Below, in pieces: positions 60,870 through 64,000 of a DNA stretch of 64,000 nucleotides; within the stretch, counting starts at the first letter, position 1; each line of letters starts with the position of its first letter. The notes below the pieces were generated by a model. The model saw nothing but the letters and a program-made list of their open reading frames with translations, searched no databases and had not been told where the DNA came from. The stretch comes from Vicinamibacterales bacterium (GTDB lineage Bacteria > Acidobacteriota > Vicinamibacteria > Vicinamibacterales > UBA2999). Location: contig JBFWOG010000001.1 of the NCBI GenBank assembly GCA_050250645.1, positions 335,274 to 399,273 on the forward strand, read 5' to 3'. The position numbers were made by a program, and so were the translations under genes.

Positions 60870-61499
60870 TCAGCGCTCCAGGGTTGCCAGGATCGTCTCG
60901 CCGGCGACCACGCGGTCGCCGCGGGCGACCGAGATCGGCGTGCCCGGCGGCAGGAACAGGTCGATGCGCGACCCGAACTTCATGACGCCGAACCGCTGTC
61001 CGCGCGTCACCTCGTCGCCCGGCTCGAGCCGGGTCACGATGCGCCGCGCGAGGATGCCGACGATCTGCCGGCACACGACCGGGATGCCGTCGTGATCGAA
61101 CCAGACCTCCGACCACTCGTTCAGCGAGCCGGCCTCGGGCTTGTAGGCCGGCAGGAACGTGCCGGGATGATACTCCACGCGCGTCACCCGGCCGTCCACG
61201 GGCGCCCGGTTGACGTGGACGTCGAGCGGCGAGAGGAAGATCGTGATGACCTGCCAGTCGCCCTCGGGTGCGCCCGCCGCCGGCGCGCCCCCCGCCACCA
61301 TCACCCGGCCGTCGGCCGGCGACACCACCACGCCCGCGCCCGCCGGCGGTGTCCGGCCGGGATCGCGGAAGAAGAAGAGGAAGAACGCGGCCAGGACCAG
61401 GAAGGGCACGGCGCCGTTCCGGCCGAACCACCATCCCGCCGCGAGGGACAGGACCAGGGCGCCAAGGACGAAGGGCCATCCGGCCCGATCGATGAACAT
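60870..61499 (-). CDS. psd: Phosphatidylserine decarboxylase (short, Psd-related type)
   Basis: 209 aa. FLSPLDVHVNRAP and the self-cleavage site context MKFGSRIDLFLP. It lies adjacent to pssA. Confidence 0.8.
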   Translation of the reverse strand: MFIDRAGWPFVLGALVLSLAAGWWFGRNGAVPFLVLAAFFLFFFRDPGRTPPAGAGVVVSPADGRVMVAGGAPAAGAPEGDWQVITIFLSPLDVHVNRAPVDGRVTRVEYHPGTFLPAYKPEAGSLNEWSEVWFDHDGIPVVCRQIVGILARRIVTRLEPGDEVTRGQRFGVMKFGSRIDLFLPPGTPISVARGDRVVAGETILATLER

Positions 61500-61551
61500 G
61501 GGTGGAACGATGATAGACGGCGAGGCGGGGGGAAATCGAGGGGTGTTCCGG

Positions 61552-61592
61552 GGGAGCGGATGGAGCCCGCGGATCCGGGCTCCTCCGCTCCC
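61552..61592. repeat. GC-rich hairpin related to element H (element I)
   Basis: GGGAGCGGATGGAGCCC (61552-61568) pairs with GGGCTCCTCCGCTCCC (61577-61592), giving a 16-bp stem with one bulge around CGGATC. It shares GCGGATGGA and CGCGGATC with element H and lies between the DUF465 stop and the psd start. Confidence 0.65.
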
Positions 61593-61612
61593 GAAGGTAC
61601 AGCAGCGTCTGG

Positions 61613-61858
61613 CTAGGCGGACACGACCGCGCTCGACATGCCGCTCAGGTAATCACGCAGGATCTCTTCCATCCTGTCCTTGAGGTGGAGTTTCTTCTTC
61701 TTGAGGCTGACTTCCAACAGCTGTTCGTCGTCGGAGAGGTAGGGCTTGCCGGTGAGCGCGTGCAGGCGATCGTCCAACTCGTGATGCTGGTCCGCGAGCT
61801 GGCGGTACTCCTCGTTGGTCTCGAGGAGCAGGTGCTTCACTTCCTGTGCCTCCGCCAT
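61613..61858 (-). CDS. DUF465 (YdcH-like) small coiled-coil protein
   Basis: 81 aa from MAEAQEVKHLLLETNEEYRQLADQHHELDDRLHAL...LSDDEQLLEVSLKKKKLHLKDRME, the typical DUF465 pattern. Confidence 0.7.
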   Translation of the reverse strand: MAEAQEVKHLLLETNEEYRQLADQHHELDDRLHALTGKPYLSDDEQLLEVSLKKKKLHLKDRMEEILRDYLSGMSSAVVSA

Positions 61859-61948
61859 CGTGTTCCGCCTCCCTTCCGGAGTCGGGTGCGGGATGCGACC
61901 CGCTCCTGAGGCCGACTTTACCACCCTGTCCTGGGCGTTTCAACACCG

Positions 61949-62416
61949 TTACAGGGGGCTCTCCGGCGGGTCCCGCCACAGGATGAGGGCGTCCTCGATG
62001 GGCTCGCTGTAGTAGGCGGGCCGCACCCCCGAGAGCCGGAATCCGGCGGCGGTGTACAGGCGCTGGGCCGCCGTGTTCGACCGCCGCACCTCCAGCGTGG
62101 CCCGCGGCGCGCCCATCGCGTCAGCCGCTGCCAGGACGCCTGCCAGGAGCCGTCCCCCCAGGCCCTGCCCCCGCAGTTCGGGCCGCACCGCCAGGTTGTT
62201 GATGTGAATCTGGTCGACGACCCGCCAGAAGGCGCAGAAGCCCGCGACCGGCTGCGCCGCCGTGCGGATGACGTAGACGAAGCACACGTCCGGCCGAGCC
62301 AGTTCGGCCTCGTACCAGGCGCGGGTCGTGGGGTTGTGGAAGGACTGGTCCTCGATCTCGATGACCGCGTCCAGGTCGGCCGGCCCGCGGAGCGGCTCCA
62401 CGACGAGGCCCGTCAT
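61949..62416 (-). CDS. rimI: Ribosomal-protein-alanine N-acetyltransferase (GNAT)
   Basis: 155 aa from MTGLVVEPLR, with the GNAT acetyl-CoA motif LAVRPELRGQGLGGRLL. It overlaps the tsaB stop, the usual tsaB-rimI pairing. Confidence 0.8.
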   Translation of the reverse strand: MTGLVVEPLRGPADLDAVIEIEDQSFHNPTTRAWYEAELARPDVCFVYVIRTAAQPVAGFCAFWRVVDQIHINNLAVRPELRGQGLGGRLLAGVLAAADAMGAPRATLEVRRSNTAAQRLYTAAGFRLSGVRPAYYSEPIEDALILWRDPPESPL

Positions 62417-63141
62417 GACGGCTGCCGGCGCTCCCGCTCGATGACGACATCGGGACGACGGATGTAGAGGGGCTGCAGCGCATGGGGCGGCCCCGCCTGG
62501 CCGTCGGCCGCCAGCCGCCGGCCGATGCGCCCGATGGCCGGCGCCAGCGCCGGCACCCCCGTGACCACCCGCCGCCCCGTGCCCTGGAGGTAGCGGATGG
62601 CGCCCTCGCCGGTGAAGCAGGCCCCGGCGGGCACGAGGCCCTCCCACGCGGCGAGCGTGTCGGCGGGCGTCATCGCGGTCGGCCCGGCGACCTCCACGCA
62701 GACCGCGCCCCCGGCGCGCGGCTCCGCGACGCGGTACAGCGCGGCGAAGACCTCGCCCCGCGCCGCGTCCATCCAGGCGCCGACGATGGTGCCCGGGGGC
62801 AGCGCCGCGTGCGCGGCCGCCGTCTCGGCCAGCGCCTCGAGCGCCGGGACGCCGACGACCGGCAGGCCGAGCGTGAGGGCGAGCCCCTGGGCGGTGGCGA
62901 GCCCGATCCGGAGGCCGGTGAACGCGCCAGGTCCCCGCGCGACGGCGATGAGGTCCATGGCCGCCGCGGCCTGGCCCGCCGCGTCGAGCGCGGCGGCGAT
63001 CTCGGGGGGCAGGCGTTCGCCGTGCGTGCGCGTGGCGTCCCCGTCGACAACGGCGAGCGCGCGGTCGTCGTGGAGCACGGCGGTGCTGCCGCCACGCGTG
63101 GTGGTGTCGAGGGCGAGGATCAGCACGGGTGTGCCGAACAT
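62413..63141 (-). CDS. tsaB: tRNA threonylcarbamoyladenosine biosynthesis protein TsaB
   Basis: From MFGTPVLILALDTTTRGGSTAVL, with ARGPGAFTGLRIGLATAQGLAL, the YeaZ/TsaB signature. The ORF track start (63276) adds a leader. Confidence 0.8.
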   Translation of the reverse strand: MFGTPVLILALDTTTRGGSTAVLHDDRALAVVDGDATRTHGERLPPEIAAALDAAGQAAAAMDLIAVARGPGAFTGLRIGLATAQGLALTLGLPVVGVPALEALAETAAAHAALPPGTIVGAWMDAARGEVFAALYRVAEPRAGGAVCVEVAGPTAMTPADTLAAWEGLVPAGACFTGEGAIRYLQGTGRRVVTGVPALAPAIGRIGRRLAADGQAGPPHALQPLYIRRPDVVIERERRQPS

Positions 63142-63217
63142 CGTATACTCGAAGGTGTCCCGACCGCCTGAATCCGCGCCGGCCGTCCCGCCTTCCGGCG
63201 CGTCCCTCACGCCCGCC

Positions 63218-64000
63218 ATGCGCCAGTATTTCGACGCGAAGCGGCAGTACAAGAACGCCATCGTGTTCTTCCGCATGGGGGACTTCTACGAGATGTTCTA
63301 CGAGGACGCGCTCGTCGCGGCGCGCGCCCTCGAGCTGACGCTCACCTCGCGGTCCAAGGACGCCTCGGGCACGCCGGTGCCGATGTGCGGCCTGCCCTAC
63401 CACGCCGCCGACGGCTACATCGGGCGCCTCGTGCGCAAGGGCTACCGGGTCGCCATCTGCGAGCAGGTCGAGGACCCGAAGAAGGCCAAGGGGGTCGTCA
63501 AACGCGAGGTGGTGCGCGTCGTGTCGCCGGGCACCCTCACCGACGCCAGCTACCTCGAGGCGCGCGAACCCGCCTACCTCATGGCCCTCGTCGCCACGGC
63601 GGCCCCGGGCGGGGGCGCCGGGACCTTCGGCGTCGCCCTCATCGACCTGTCCACCGGCCAGTTCGACGTCGCGGAGTACGGCGGCCCGGAGGGCCGGCAG
63701 GCGCTGGCCGACGAGATTGCCGTGATCCGGCCGCGCGAGATCGTGCTGCCCGCGGGCCAGGACCTCGCGGCGCTGCTGCCGGAGGCCTCCGCGGCGAGCG
63801 TGCCGGTCACGGAGGTCGAGGGGTGGCACTTCGAGCTGGAGACCGCGCGCCAGACGCTGCTCGAGCAGTTGCGCGCGGGCGGGCTCGAGGGCTTCGGCCT
63901 CGAGCGCCGCCAGGCGGCCGTCTGCGCGGCGGGCGCCCTGCTCCGCTACCTGCGCGACACCCAGAAGGCCGACCTCGCGCACGTGCGGGCCGTCCGCCTC
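63218..64000 (+). CDS. mutS: DNA mismatch repair protein MutS, N-terminal fragment (3' end outside window)
   Basis: ATG 63218 gives MRQYFDAKRQYKNAIVFFRMGDFYEMFYEDALVAARALELTLTSR...GYRVAICEQVEDP. The frame is open to the window end, which is why it is absent from the ORF track. Confidence 0.9.
   Translation, partial: MRQYFDAKRQYKNAIVFFRMGDFYEMFYEDALVAARALELTLTSRSKDASGTPVPMCGLPYHAADGYIGRLVRKGYRVAICEQVEDPKKAKGVVKREVVRVVSPGTLTDASYLEAREPAYLMALVATAAPGGGAGTFGVALIDLSTGQFDVAEYGGPEGRQALADEIAVIRPREIVLPAGQDLAALLPEASAASVPVTEVEGWHFELETARQTLLEQLRAGGLEGFGLERRQAAVCAAGALLRYLRDTQKADLAHVRAVRL

Overview
This is a very GC-rich bacterial chromosomal segment (roughly 70% G+C by eye, not computed) from a diderm organism, since Lpt, Tol-Pal and a secretin are present. 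I cannot assign a taxon from the sequence alone.

I can support about 57 protein-coding genes, nearly all core or housekeeping:
- 1-8.9 kb: a type IV pilus / type II secretion-like cluster with a GspE/PilB ATPase tail, PilM/N/O/P-like proteins, a secretin, three GspG-like pseudopilins, and an Ig-like/PKD lipoprotein on the opposite strand.
- 9-16.5 kb: an amino-sugar / MurNAc salvage-like cluster with two SSS symporters, a serine hydrolase, a GHL10-type glycosidase, nagB and murQ.
- 16.5-28 kb: xerD, a PHP metallohydrolase, a fused lptF-lptG, parAB, a bifunctional-nuclease-domain gene, miaB and recN.
- 28-33.5 kb: tolQ, tolR, a tolA-like gene, tolB, pal, cpoB and ssb.
- 33.7-43.4 kb: one long minus-strand array with a giant LptC/LptA-like gene, lptB, rpoN, hpf, hprK, rapZ, EIIA(Man), HPr, ptsI and a cupin gene.
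- 44-64 kb: recJ, accA, dnaE, guaA, a beta-propeller protein, an aminotransferase, a 1318-aa NtrY-like kinase, pssA, psd, rimI, tsaB and the 5' part of mutS.

I recognised no rRNA, tRNA, CRISPR array, transposase, prophage or known defence system.

The most unusual signal is non-coding. At least nine intergenic elements are built from tandem 7-10 bp units. Eight of them form long inverted-repeat stems, several are strikingly AT-rich, and they always sit at gene ends. One element (43.4-44.1 kb) carries an opposite-strand GxxExxY / PD-(D/E)XK-like ORF, an architecture reminiscent of rRNA intervening sequences.

All calls come from reading the ORF track and the sequence by eye. No database search or folding was run, and repeat boundaries are accurate to about +/-3 nt.
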